From positions 16,516 through 80,515 of the forward strand of contig JAISFO010000023.1 in NCBI GenBank assembly GCA_031263535.1: a stretch of DNA of 64,000 bases, read 5' to 3'. The DNA comes from Holosporales bacterium (GTDB lineage: Bacteria > Pseudomonadota > Alphaproteobacteria > UBA3830 > JAIRWN01). The position numbers and the translations under genes are program-made. The notes under the pieces are model-generated. The model worked only from the letters and a program-made list of their open reading frames with translations, was not told the DNA's origin and searched no databases. Of this stretch, positions 9,648 to 18,592 are shown piece by piece (the stretch's first letter is position 1; each line of letters opens with the position of its first letter).

Positions 9648-10211
9648 TTATTTAGATTTTTCTGAAAAGATACAAGATAAGCCAGCCGTTAAATGACCAA
9701 CTCCGCTTACTGCCGTTATAAGCGCAGCACACCACAGGCTTATGATTCCAAGCTGATGTATCTCATGAACACAGCTGCCCAGTGGAACGTCCGCCAATAT
9801 AAGCAGAGTCATAGAGACCATTTGCACAAGTGTTTTGCATTTGGACAGCTTGCTTACAGGAAGCTCTTTATCGACCGTAGCTAAGTATTCTCTTACGCCA
9901 GAGATCAATATCTCTCGCATAACTACTATTATCGCGGGGATCAGCTCAAGGCCGTGTATTTTGCCGATCTCTACTAGCATAAGAATGGTTGAGACGACTA
10001 GCAACTTATCGGCAATCGGGTCCAAAAGCTTACCGAGCCTTGACACTTGCCCCCAACGCCTGGCGATAAAGCCGTCCAAGAAATCTGTCAAGCAAGACAG
10101 CATAAACAGGATCGCGGCGCACCAGCTTGCAAAACTGCCGCGTACATAAAGGCAAACGACTATAGCCGGTATCGACAGAATGCGAAATAATGTTAAAGCG
10201 TTGGGGATCAA
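9648..10211 (-). CDS. pgsA: CDP-diacylglycerol--glycerol-3-phosphate 3-phosphatidyltransferase
   Basis: CDP-alcohol phosphatidyltransferase motif DFLDGFIARRWGQVSRLGKLLDPIADK. TTG start. Lies adjacent to uvrC, as in many proteobacteria. Confidence 0.9.
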   Translation of the reverse strand: MIPNALTLFRILSIPAIVVCLYVRGSFASWCAAILFMLSCLTDFLDGFIARRWGQVSRLGKLLDPIADKLLVVSTILMLVEIGKIHGLELIPAIIVVMREILISGVREYLATVDKELPVSKLSKCKTLVQMVSMTLLILADVPLGSCVHEIHQLGIISLWCAALITAVSGVGHLTAGLSCIFSEKSK

Positions 10212-10233
10212 AATTATATGTTTGTAACCGCAG

Positions 10234-12066
10234 CTAATCTTTATCAGCTTTGCGAAGGTATTTAAAGATATTTTCCGCCAGCTCCTTACCTATACCGCCA
10301 ACTTTTGACAGATCAGCGGCGCTGGCCGCCAGTATATTCTCGACCGAACCAAAATAGGCAAGTAAGTCGCGATGACGCTTACTGCCTATGCCGGGGACGT
10401 CGTCCAGCACAGATTTATGGGCATTACGCCCTCGAGCTTTTCTGTGTGAGGAGATTGCGAACCTATGCGCCTCGTCTCGCAGCCGCTGTAAGAAGTACAT
10501 AAGCGGTGAGTTTTTGCTGACCTCAAGCGCGCGGCCTTCGTAATATATCGTCTCGTCCCCAGCATTACGCTTTATACCTTTGGCGATCGATATCATCTTA
10601 ACGTCACTACAGCTTTCTTTAAGCCTTGTTTGCACAGCGCTAAGCTGGCCTTTCCCCCCGTCTAAGATAATCAAACTCGGCATTTCTTCTTTCAACGAGC
10701 CTGAAAACCTGCGCATCAACATATCGCCCATCATGGCGCAGTCATCCCCGCGCTTTTCCTGCATTTTGAATAATCTGTATGAGCTTTTATTGAATCCTTT
10801 ACCAATCTCATAAATGACCATAGCCCCATAGGCAAAAGTCCCTTGGATATGACTGTTGTCGTATATTTCTATGCGGTTAAGGTCCGATATACCCAACATT
10901 TGACTCAACAGATCGGCAATCGCCGCGTCGTCTTTAAGATCTGGCTTTTTGTTGGACAGACTGTCCTGAGCTTTGATAACCGCGGCCATGACAATACTGC
11001 GCTTACTGCCAAGTTTTGGGGTTTGTATTTTAACTAAACGCCCGGCCCTTTGGCCAACGAATTGCTTTAGCAAAAGCAGATCTTGCGGCTCATGCGAGGT
11101 CAGGATTAAATCTGGCGCTTCGCACGATTGATAGTATTGCTTAATAAACTCGGCCAATATGAATGCGGGCGAGTACTGCTTGGTTAGATCGTTTTCCGAG
11201 ATATTTATAAAGTATGCTTCGTTGTGGCTAAGCTCCCCGTGGCGATAGGCGTTAACCTGAACGCAGCAACCAACCGCAGAAAGCGCCAACCCCAGCACAT
11301 CTAACGACACATTTATGTTTATGCAGATGTTCTGGACGGTCTGAATTTTGGTTAAAAGTCTTATTTGGTCTCTGTAAACCGCGGCTTCTTCAAACCTGAA
11401 ATTATTGCTTGCCATAAGCATCTTGGCGCTCAGCTCTGATCTCAGGCTAAAACTCTGGCCGCCTAGGAATTTAACGATGCTGCGGACGTTTTCGGCGTAT
11501 TCAGCCTCTGATATCCGGCTGCAACAAGGCGCTGAGCAACGCTTGATATGGTATTTCAGGCAAGGCCTGGTTCTTAAAGAAAACGCCCTGTCGGTACATG
11601 TTCTGACCTTAAACGCCGAAGTCAAGAAATCCAGTACCATGGCGGCTTCTCTGCCGGAATAGTACGGCCCAAATCTCCGAGAATCTTGCCCGCTCTCGCT
11701 TTCTCTGAATTTAGCAATACGCGGATATTTATGCTTGGTAACCGCGATGTAGTTATAGTTTTTGGGGGTTTTCAGCAGAACGTTGAATCTGGGGACGTGC
11801 TTGGTTATAAGGCTTGCTTCTAAGAACAGCGCTTCAAGTTCATTTGCGGTTGTCTCGAACTTGACTTTTTCTATCATCGAGACCATTAATTGAAGCCGCT
11901 TTGGCAAAGCATCAAATTGGTAATAGCTCTTGATGCGGTTTCTAATGTTTTTAGCCTTGCCTATATAAATGATCTCATTTTCTTGCGAGATCATCTTATA
12001 AACACCTGGACATCTTGGTGCTTGCTCAATAAAGCGTTTTAAGTTCGAAAGCCCAGCTAAAGTCAC
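10234..12066 (-). CDS. uvrC: excinuclease ABC subunit C
   Basis: 610 aa; GIY-YIG domain (PGVYKM...IIYIGKAKNIRNRIKSYY), UVR domain and C-terminal HhH. GTG start. Confidence 0.95.
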   Translation of the reverse strand: MTLAGLSNLKRFIEQAPRCPGVYKMISQENEIIYIGKAKNIRNRIKSYYQFDALPKRLQLMVSMIEKVKFETTANELEALFLEASLITKHVPRFNVLLKTPKNYNYIAVTKHKYPRIAKFRESESGQDSRRFGPYYSGREAAMVLDFLTSAFKVRTCTDRAFSLRTRPCLKYHIKRCSAPCCSRISEAEYAENVRSIVKFLGGQSFSLRSELSAKMLMASNNFRFEEAAVYRDQIRLLTKIQTVQNICININVSLDVLGLALSAVGCCVQVNAYRHGELSHNEAYFINISENDLTKQYSPAFILAEFIKQYYQSCEAPDLILTSHEPQDLLLLKQFVGQRAGRLVKIQTPKLGSKRSIVMAAVIKAQDSLSNKKPDLKDDAAIADLLSQMLGISDLNRIEIYDNSHIQGTFAYGAMVIYEIGKGFNKSSYRLFKMQEKRGDDCAMMGDMLMRRFSGSLKEEMPSLIILDGGKGQLSAVQTRLKESCSDVKMISIAKGIKRNAGDETIYYEGRALEVSKNSPLMYFLQRLRDEAHRFAISSHRKARGRNAHKSVLDDVPGIGSKRHRDLLAYFGSVENILAASAADLSKVGGIGKELAENIFKYLRKADKD

Positions 12067-12166
12067 GTATCTTCCAACTTATTAATTCGATTGAATTAGT
12101 TATACACACTGCCGTTGTATATCTAAAGCACACACGTATGCCTTGTTTAAGAAATTAGGCGCTGAC

Positions 12167-12196
12167 GCTCTCTGATATTAGGATATTACAGAGAGC
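12167..12196 (-). terminator. hairpin downstream of the orphan inverted LRR gene tail
   Basis: gctctctg / cagagagc forms an 8-bp stem with a 14-nt loop. No strong T-run follows. Confidence 0.3.
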
Positions 12197-12215
12197 AGCC
12201 TTGTTCGATTTTACC

Positions 12216-12310
12216 TACTAATAAGTAATTGTTACATCGGCTGGCTTACCGATTATGTTAACCAATTCCTGACGACTTGTGTGAAGCTTACATGTTGAAG
12301 TACCAGTGCA
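12216..12310. repeat. inverted repeat, left arm (orphan inverted copy of the LRR ORF 3' end)
   Basis: The reverse complement matches 13004-13098 at 83 of 95 positions by hand alignment. On the minus strand it reads CTGTSTCKLHTSRQELVNIIGKPADVTITY*, preceded by an in-frame TGA. Confidence 0.85.
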
Positions 12311-12313
12311 TCA

Positions 12314-13096
12314 GTGCCGAATTTTACAAGACTTAAAACTGGCGGAACCGTCAACTTCCAAGATTGCACAGGTCTCAATGGCCCTGCTCCGGAATTCACT
12401 GCTCTTACGAGTTGCAGGATCATCACTTTTCAAGGCTGTACTGGGTTGACCGGCACTCCAACTTTCCCTGTTTTTGCAAATTTAATAAGCGGAGTCATAG
12501 ACTTCCGGGGCTGTACAGGGTTAACTGAAGCGCCGACTTTCCCAGAATTGCAGAATGCAACTGGGGGTTATAGTAATAACTATATAGACTTCACTGGTTG
12601 TACTAAAATGGTTGGGCAAGCACCAGTTTTTCCTAAACTAACCACCATGAATGGTAATTGGGGCTTTTCTATCGACTTCAGCGGACTTACAGGGTTAACC
12701 GGCGCGCCTTCATTCTCAGCGCTTACGAACTTAAACGGAACTATAAACTTCCAGGGCTGTACAGGACTGAATGGGATAGCTGTTTTCTCTGCTCTTCAAA
12801 CAATAGGCGGAACCATAAATTTCTCTGGCTGCACGAGTTTGGCGGGAATCACGTTAGAGAATTGCACCGTCAGTGCAGGCACTTGGAATGGGATTAATTT
12901 AACCAACACTGGTATCACTACAGTTAACCTCAGCGGCTCTGCATTATCCGGCACTTTGGATATGACAAAGCTTACTAACCTGACGACGCTTATTTTAACT
13001 GGGTGCACTGGTACTTCAACATGCAAGCTTCACGCAAGTCGTCAGGAATTGGTTGAAATAATCAACCAGCCAACTGATGTAACAATCACATATTAG
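12314..13096 (+). CDS. leucine-rich-repeat-like protein with a GCTGL(T/N)G repeat; 5' end doubtful
   Basis: 260-aa ORF with seven copies of (I/V)xFxGCTGLxG spaced about 24-30 aa apart. The only start codon is GTG at 12314, right after an in-frame TGA. No SD and no signal peptide. Confidence 0.55.
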   Translation: MPNFTRLKTGGTVNFQDCTGLNGPAPEFTALTSCRIITFQGCTGLTGTPTFPVFANLISGVIDFRGCTGLTEAPTFPELQNATGGYSNNYIDFTGCTKMVGQAPVFPKLTTMNGNWGFSIDFSGLTGLTGAPSFSALTNLNGTINFQGCTGLNGIAVFSALQTIGGTINFSGCTSLAGITLENCTVSAGTWNGINLTNTGITTVNLSGSALSGTLDMTKLTNLTTLILTGCTGTSTCKLHASRQELVEIINQPTDVTITY

Positions 13097-13098
13097 TA
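13004..13098. repeat. inverted repeat, right arm (last 30 codons plus stop of the LRR ORF)
   Basis: See the left arm. Weaker similarity continues about 20 nt past the stop codon. Confidence 0.85.
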
Positions 13099-13147
13099 AT
13101 TGAAGTAAAGCCGAACAAAACCGCCCCCTCTACGCTATCTTGGTCTT

Positions 13148-13156
13148 GGGGGGGGG
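13148..13156. repeat. G9 homopolymer
   Basis: Counted directly. Confidence 0.95.
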
Positions 13157-13294
13157 ACGTACTTCAATGACGCGTTGCTAAACTTCTTACTTAATTCGCT
13201 TGAATGCTTATGGATATAGAATTACAAACTTTCAATTTCCACATTAACCCAATTTAAAAGATCGATATCGCATAATTGATAGCTAAAGCTTTAT

Positions 13295-13303
13295 CCCCCC
13301 CCC
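13295..13303. repeat. C9 homopolymer abutting the stop codon of ORF 13303..13635
   Basis: Counted directly. Complementary to the G9 tract 138 nt upstream. Confidence 0.95.
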
Positions 13304-13635
13304 TAAAGATCATTGCTTCTGCATATTTTGATTTGTGATATTCTGCTGTCGCCAAGGAATGAGTTGATTTTGTCTAGTAGGATTGATGAACTGTATTGCG
13401 CTTCGATCAGCTTAGTGCTTTTGGCTTTAATATACAAAACCAACCCGTTCTCGTTAGCTAGTTTTTCTGGCCAGGTAAACTCGCTTAAGCACTCGCCAAC
13501 GATCTCTTTCCAATAGATATAAAGATCAGAAAACATCAGCCCTTTCTTTTTCATTATTGGCTGGCAAATGCTGTAAGCCAAATCGCACAGACGTACAGGT
13601 TTGTTGATGCGCTTTATATTGCTGAGCTTAGGCAT
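13303..13635 (-). CDS. DUF721 domain protein (DciA-like)
   Basis: 110 aa. Pattern YWKEIVGECLSEFTWPEKL..NGLVLYIKAKSTKLIEAQYSSSILLDKINSFLG fits the DUF721 consensus as I remember it (W..IVG..L...T.P..L..G.L.......A.EL....IL..IN). Confidence 0.55.
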   Translation of the reverse strand: MPKLSNIKRINKPVRLCDLAYSICQPIMKKKGLMFSDLYIYWKEIVGECLSEFTWPEKLANENGLVLYIKAKSTKLIEAQYSSSILLDKINSFLGDSRISQIKICRSNDL

Positions 13636-13640
13636 TCGGG

Positions 13641-14567
13641 CTAATTAAATGTGCCCGCGGTCTCGCCGGATTTTATGACTTTCTCAGCCCCGGTATATAT
13701 AAGCATCGGGGCAGCCAAGCATATGGAGGAAAATGTTCCAACAACGATGCCAAACAAAATCGGCATACTGAATGAGGCAATTACTTCTCCGCCGAATAAA
13801 TACAAGATAAGTAAAGCCAGCACAGTAGTGGCAGACGTCAGGATAGTACGAGATAGCGTCTCGTTAATGCTTTTGTCGATTATTTCGGTAAGATTTTTAT
13901 TATTCAGCTTGCGCATGTTCTCACGTATACGGTCGAATATGACGACAGCGTCGTTTATCGAGTATCCCATGACGGTAAGTATGGCTATCAGCGCGTTTGT
14001 ATTAAACTCAAACGAGTGAAATATACCATAAAACCCAAGTGTAGCCAGACCGTCGTTTAGCAAGCTTAAAATGCCACAAACTGCAAACTGCCACTCAAAC
14101 CTAAACCAGATGTAAATCAATATAAGAAGCAAAGAGACTATGCCCGCGTAGATACCATCAGTAACCAGCTCTTGGCCTATCTGAGGGCCAACTGACTCTA
14201 CCCGGCGGTACTCTATGTCACCAAGGGCAGATTTTATCTTTCCAAGCATAGCTTCCCGGTCTTTAGGTGACGACAGCCCAGTATCGCTTATGCGTATAAG
14301 CACATCATTGCCGGATCCTAGTCCTTGCAGGGTTACGCTGCCAAAATCTAACTTAGAAAGATTTTCTCGCATCGCCCCGATGTCCGGCTTTTCGTGTGAT
14401 CTTACTTCAAGCAAATACCCGCCCTTAAAGTCGATGCCATAATTGACGCCGCGTATAGTAAGCGACAAAACGGACACCAACGCTAACAGTCCGAAAATGG
14501 CAAAGGTTATAAACCTGCTTTTAATAAAACCAATCTTAGTGTCATGCGGTATTAAAATTAAGTTCAA
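13641..14567 (-). CDS. secF: protein translocase subunit SecF
   Basis: 308 aa with six TM segments, downstream of secD. TTG start. Confidence 0.9.
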   Translation of the reverse strand: MNLILIPHDTKIGFIKSRFITFAIFGLLALVSVLSLTIRGVNYGIDFKGGYLLEVRSHEKPDIGAMRENLSKLDFGSVTLQGLGSGNDVLIRISDTGLSSPKDREAMLGKIKSALGDIEYRRVESVGPQIGQELVTDGIYAGIVSLLLILIYIWFRFEWQFAVCGILSLLNDGLATLGFYGIFHSFEFNTNALIAILTVMGYSINDAVVIFDRIRENMRKLNNKNLTEIIDKSINETLSRTILTSATTVLALLILYLFGGEVIASFSMPILFGIVVGTFSSICLAAPMLIYTGAEKVIKSGETAGTFN

Positions 14568-14598
14568 TTCTTTGTCTCCCTTGTGCGCAAAGGCCTAG

Positions 14599-16182
14599 TT
14601 AAAAGGCTATATTTTGCTGTCTGCTGCCCTTCAAATACCAATGATCAACAATAAGCCTTGTTAGCGTAATTGCCGTAAACATCGACGCCAGAATACCAAG
14701 CGACAGTGTAACCGCAAACCCTCGTATAGAACCAGATCCGAATACGTAAAGGCAAGCGGTTCCGAACAGTGTTGTTAAGTTAGAGTCTAGGATAGATGAA
14801 AATGCTCGCTGATAGCCAGCGTCTACCGCCTGGCGAGGCTTGGCGCCACTCCTAAGTTCTTCGCGTATTCGCTCGTTTATTAAAACATTAGCGTCAACAG
14901 CCATACCGACCGTCAGCGCTATGCCAGCTATACCCGGTAAAGTAAGCGTTGCTTGCAAGCAAGACAAGGCCGCAATAAGCAGCACTATATTGAATACAAC
15001 CGCTATGCTTGCGATAACGCCAAACCAGCCGTACACCAGTATCATAAACAGAGCTACGAACACGATTGCAATAATAGTGGCCACAGTCCCCGCTTTTATC
15101 GAGTCCGCCCCCAACCCTGGCCCGACAGTGCGTTCTTCCACCGCCTTTAGCGGAGCTGGTAACGCGCCAGCACGTAGTAACAACGCCAAATCGCTTGCTT
15201 CTTGCGCGCTAAAGTGGCTGCTGGTGATGCGCCCAGACCCTCCGGTAATGGCCTCTTGTATCACTGGGGCGCTTATGACCTTGCCGTCCAGCACAATGGC
15301 AAAGCGCTTACCAACGTTTTCCCTTGTGACTTTGGCAAAGCGTTTGGCCCCTATGTTGTTGAACTTAAAGCTAACTTGCGATCTGTTGAATTCGTCATAT
15401 TCCTGGCGAGCATCAGTAAGCATATCTCCGCCAACCATGGCTTGATTTTTAATGGCGATATATCCACTGCCATCTGCATGAGGCAGATACTGATACCCCG
15501 TGCCAATCGCTGAGGTAGTTGGACGAGATGACAGCTCTGGCGCCGAAGCCTCAACCAACCTGAAGGTAAGTTTAGCAGTACGACCGATTAAAGCCTTTAC
15601 CCTTGCAGGATCCTGAACGCCGGGAATTTGAACCAAAATGCGATCAGCGCCTTGCCTGGTTATAACTGGCTCTCGCGTGCCAGAAGCATCAATACGCCGC
15701 CTTATAATCTCGATAGATTTATCAACAATCTCACGGTACATGACTTGCTTAGACGCATCTGTATGGGTTATTTCCACATTTTCCCCATTAATTGATACAG
15801 AGGAGTCATGATCCACACTCGACAATACGCTGTGAGCCTGCGCAGCCTGAGTCGGGTCATTAAGTCGGAACTTTAAGACTTTATCCCCCAGCTTTACAGT
15901 ATGAGGCAGGTCAGAAAACCCTACGCCACTTTTCCTGAGCGTCTGGCGAATTTCTTGCGCTACTTGGGACAGTCGCTCTTGATCCGCATAGTCGATGTCA
16001 ACCTCCATAAGCAAATGCGATCCTCCGCTGAGGTCTAGGCCTAAATAAATAATGTCTTTAGGGAACCAGGAAGGAAGTTTGTTTAGGAAAGAAACGGGCA
16101 GTATATTCGGGGCCGCCAGCAGTATCCCCAAAAGGCATACTCCACAGACGATATAACTTCTGAGCTTGCCAGCACTATTCAT
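14599..16182 (-). CDS. secD: protein translocase subunit SecD
   Basis: 527 aa with a large periplasmic domain and a C-terminal TM bundle (GIAGIALTVGMAVDANVLINERIREE). Confidence 0.92.
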   Translation of the reverse strand: MNSAGKLRSYIVCGVCLLGILLAAPNILPVSFLNKLPSWFPKDIIYLGLDLSGGSHLLMEVDIDYADQERLSQVAQEIRQTLRKSGVGFSDLPHTVKLGDKVLKFRLNDPTQAAQAHSVLSSVDHDSSVSINGENVEITHTDASKQVMYREIVDKSIEIIRRRIDASGTREPVITRQGADRILVQIPGVQDPARVKALIGRTAKLTFRLVEASAPELSSRPTTSAIGTGYQYLPHADGSGYIAIKNQAMVGGDMLTDARQEYDEFNRSQVSFKFNNIGAKRFAKVTRENVGKRFAIVLDGKVISAPVIQEAITGGSGRITSSHFSAQEASDLALLLRAGALPAPLKAVEERTVGPGLGADSIKAGTVATIIAIVFVALFMILVYGWFGVIASIAVVFNIVLLIAALSCLQATLTLPGIAGIALTVGMAVDANVLINERIREELRSGAKPRQAVDAGYQRAFSSILDSNLTTLFGTACLYVFGSGSIRGFAVTLSLGILASMFTAITLTRLIVDHWYLKGSRQQNIAF

Positions 16183-16252
16183 ACAACCAATCCCACCAGC
16201 TTACTTTGACATTTTTAAAGCAAATCTATACCAACTTTCAACCAATAAATGG

Positions 16253-17419
16253 TTAACTGTCCTTAAACTCATAGATACGCCTGTGCTCAGTTATGCCTTT
16301 TAACCTCAATCCACCTTTGCTGTAAGCCGGCGTTAGAATATCCGCGCCACGGTAATCGTTCCAAAAATCATAAAACTCACGGAACTTATCGAAATTTATT
16401 ACCGTCCTAGAGGCCAGTGCTTTCTGAATCGATTTTGATAGCGGTTCTATATATTGCTTATACCCATTTTGCACGATTCCTGAGAAAAATTCACCTACAC
16501 TGCCAGATCCATAAGCAAACATGCCCACTCGTTTGCCAGAAGCGTCTCTGTCAGGGCTACCCAACATTGACAGCAAACAAACGTAAAGCGCCGCGGTGTA
16601 ACAATTGCCTATATATGGGGTATAGCGCAGGGTGCTGTTAACTTTTTCATTGCAGTCAACTTCGTTTAATCTGGCCAGCTCATTATGAGCCTTAATCGCC
16701 ATCTTAGAAAACGGCGTGTGGTAACAAACATGATCTATATCGGTAAAGCTCAACCCTGATTGCCTTTTATAATTATTCCAAGCATTGCCCAGGTGGCTAA
16801 GGTACAGCTGTATTGAACGCTTTCCGTCAACAAACGCTACCTCTGAATAGCATGGTCGCCAAAAATCATCTTCATCTGCGCTCCAAACGCCGGAATATGG
16901 CTCGATTTCCATTATTCTGGGATTGGCAGATACAATCATAGCTACGCTGCCGCAGCCTTGGGTAGGCTCACCCGGAGTACCAGAGCCGTACTTGGCAATG
17001 TCGGAAGCTATGACTAGTGCTTTCAGCTTTGGATCTGATCCAATCATCGATACGCTAAGCTGCAAAGCCGCTGAACTTGCATAGCACGCTTGTTTAAGTT
17101 CAAACACTCGGCAATCAGGGTTGAGTTTCAAAAACCGATGCAAGTATATACCGGCAGACTTTGACTGATCCACGCCTGTCTCAGTTGCGAAAATTAACAG
17201 CCTTATGCTTTCAATATCATCACGGCTACATAGTGCCTGTTTGGCTGCACCATAGCCAAGGGTGACAACGTCCTCGTCCGGCGGGGCAACCGAAATCTGC
17301 TTTTGCATCAGGCCATGTTCGTACTTGGCTGGGTCGATTTTATGCCGCTTGGCCAATTCGCTAAGCTGAAAAACATATTCAGCTGTCTGAAAGCCAATTG
17401 AATCAATCCCTATTTTCAT
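16253..17419 (-). CDS. mvaS: hydroxymethylglutaryl-CoA synthase
   Basis: Start MKIGIDSIGF. Catalytic-site contexts TETGVDQSKS, KQACYASSAAL (Cys), CYHTPFSKM (His) and GNCYTAALY are present. The ORF track starts at 17434, but the ATG at 17419 fits family N-termini. Overlaps the upstream reductase gene by 17 nt. Confidence 0.85.
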   Translation of the reverse strand: MKIGIDSIGFQTAEYVFQLSELAKRHKIDPAKYEHGLMQKQISVAPPDEDVVTLGYGAAKQALCSRDDIESIRLLIFATETGVDQSKSAGIYLHRFLKLNPDCRVFELKQACYASSAALQLSVSMIGSDPKLKALVIASDIAKYGSGTPGEPTQGCGSVAMIVSANPRIMEIEPYSGVWSADEDDFWRPCYSEVAFVDGKRSIQLYLSHLGNAWNNYKRQSGLSFTDIDHVCYHTPFSKMAIKAHNELARLNEVDCNEKVNSTLRYTPYIGNCYTAALYVCLLSMLGSPDRDASGKRVGMFAYGSGSVGEFFSGIVQNGYKQYIEPLSKSIQKALASRTVINFDKFREFYDFWNDYRGADILTPAYSKGGLRLKGITEHRRIYEFKDS

Positions 17420-18518
17420 ATCCGCAGTTTCCATAGAGTTTGGCGTTTCTTTCTATTCTTATATGGCTTTTGGTTAGCTCACCAGGATTGGTTTGCGCAG
17501 CCATTAATGACAGCTCTCCGCACAGGACCGCCGCCGCGATTATCTCAGCCAAACGTCGTGATTTAGCGCCAAGCTCATCCCCTTCCTTATGAAGGCATCC
17601 CATAATATCGAGGTTCTTTTCTACAAAGGGAATGTGCTTGCCGTTACCGACAACGCCCACTATCAAATTTGGCAAAGTAACCGAGAATACTAAGCCGTCA
17701 CCAGCTGTGTCCAAGGATGCGCAAGTAATCCCCTGCGATCCTTCGACTATGTTGGCAGCGTCTTGACCCGTTGCAAGATATATCGCAAGAAGCATGTTGG
17801 CATAGTGCGCATTCGCGCTTGCCAGACTGCCGGCAGCTATGCTTCCGATAAGGTTTTTCTTGTTATTCAAGTCAACTATCGCTTGAGGTGAGGTTTTAAG
17901 CACATCTCGGCAGATACTGGCAGAAATACATGCTTCGGCCACTACATATTTACCTCTGCCAAGTATGCTGTTTACGGCCGATGCCTTTTTGTCAGTGCAG
18001 TAGTTGCCAGATATAGATACATACTTGGCGTATTTGTGGTTTTTTATCACCCAATCTAAAACAGCCTCAGCCGCTATAGTGGTCATGTTATGACCAGAGG
18101 CGCCTGCTGTTGTCATGGATATCCGAATATAAGCCAGTCGACCTATAAAACGAAAATCTATCCCTTTAAGGGACACAAACCGCCCAGTTGCGGCAACAAG
18201 CTGCTCAAGCAAAGAATATTGGCCTAAAAGCGAATCTTTTAGTTTAAGCAGATCTGATATTTGGTCGACTTCAACGACTACTGACCTGGTCATAAAATCG
18301 CTGATCAAAACGGTGCGGATACCTCCCGCCAGGTTACAGGCCTTGCTCCCTCGTTGTGACGAATACCAAAGCGGCGCTTCAAACGTTGCCATTGGCACAT
18401 ACGATTCAAATGTAGAGGCGGTTGAGTCTATAATTTTGATTGGCCCCACTGTGCGCATAGGGATGCAAGCGCTGTCTGCCTTGGTTTTATCAAAATCAAT
18501 CGACATTTTTGTGCTCAA
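17403..18518 (-). CDS. class-I-like hydroxymethylglutaryl-CoA reductase, divergent
   Basis: 371 aa, colinear with the class I catalytic domain: VPMAT.E, MTRSVVV, SGNYCTDKKASAVN, NAHYAN, GQDAANIVE, GELSLMAA, KSH. Remembered cofactor and substrate motifs are altered (see findings). Confidence 0.75.
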   Translation of the reverse strand: MSTKMSIDFDKTKADSACIPMRTVGPIKIIDSTASTFESYVPMATFEAPLWYSSQRGSKACNLAGGIRTVLISDFMTRSVVVEVDQISDLLKLKDSLLGQYSLLEQLVAATGRFVSLKGIDFRFIGRLAYIRISMTTAGASGHNMTTIAAEAVLDWVIKNHKYAKYVSISGNYCTDKKASAVNSILGRGKYVVAEACISASICRDVLKTSPQAIVDLNNKKNLIGSIAAGSLASANAHYANMLLAIYLATGQDAANIVEGSQGITCASLDTAGDGLVFSVTLPNLIVGVVGNGKHIPFVEKNLDIMGCLHKEGDELGAKSRRLAEIIAAAVLCGELSLMAAQTNPGELTKSHIRIERNAKLYGNCGYENRD

Positions 18519-18592
18519 TTCTATGACCAGAATGCGGCCAGTGTATCATAAAATCCAGCCAATGGTCAGATTGCGCCAAAGCCAAAACCGCC

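Noticed and set aside
12216-13098. Diversity-generating retroelement (template/variable repeat pair) as an explanation for the two copies of the LRR gene tail.
   Set aside because: The 12 differences between the copies are not confined to adenine positions of one copy (C/T, G/A, A/C, AACC/GGTA and others). The copies are inverted rather than direct. No reverse transcriptase ORF is in the window.
17403-17434. Possible frameshift or fusion at the 32-nt overlap between the reductase and synthase ORFs.
   Set aside because: The internal ATG at 17419 gives the family-typical N-terminus MKIGIDSIGF. The remaining 17-nt overlap is ordinary translational coupling.
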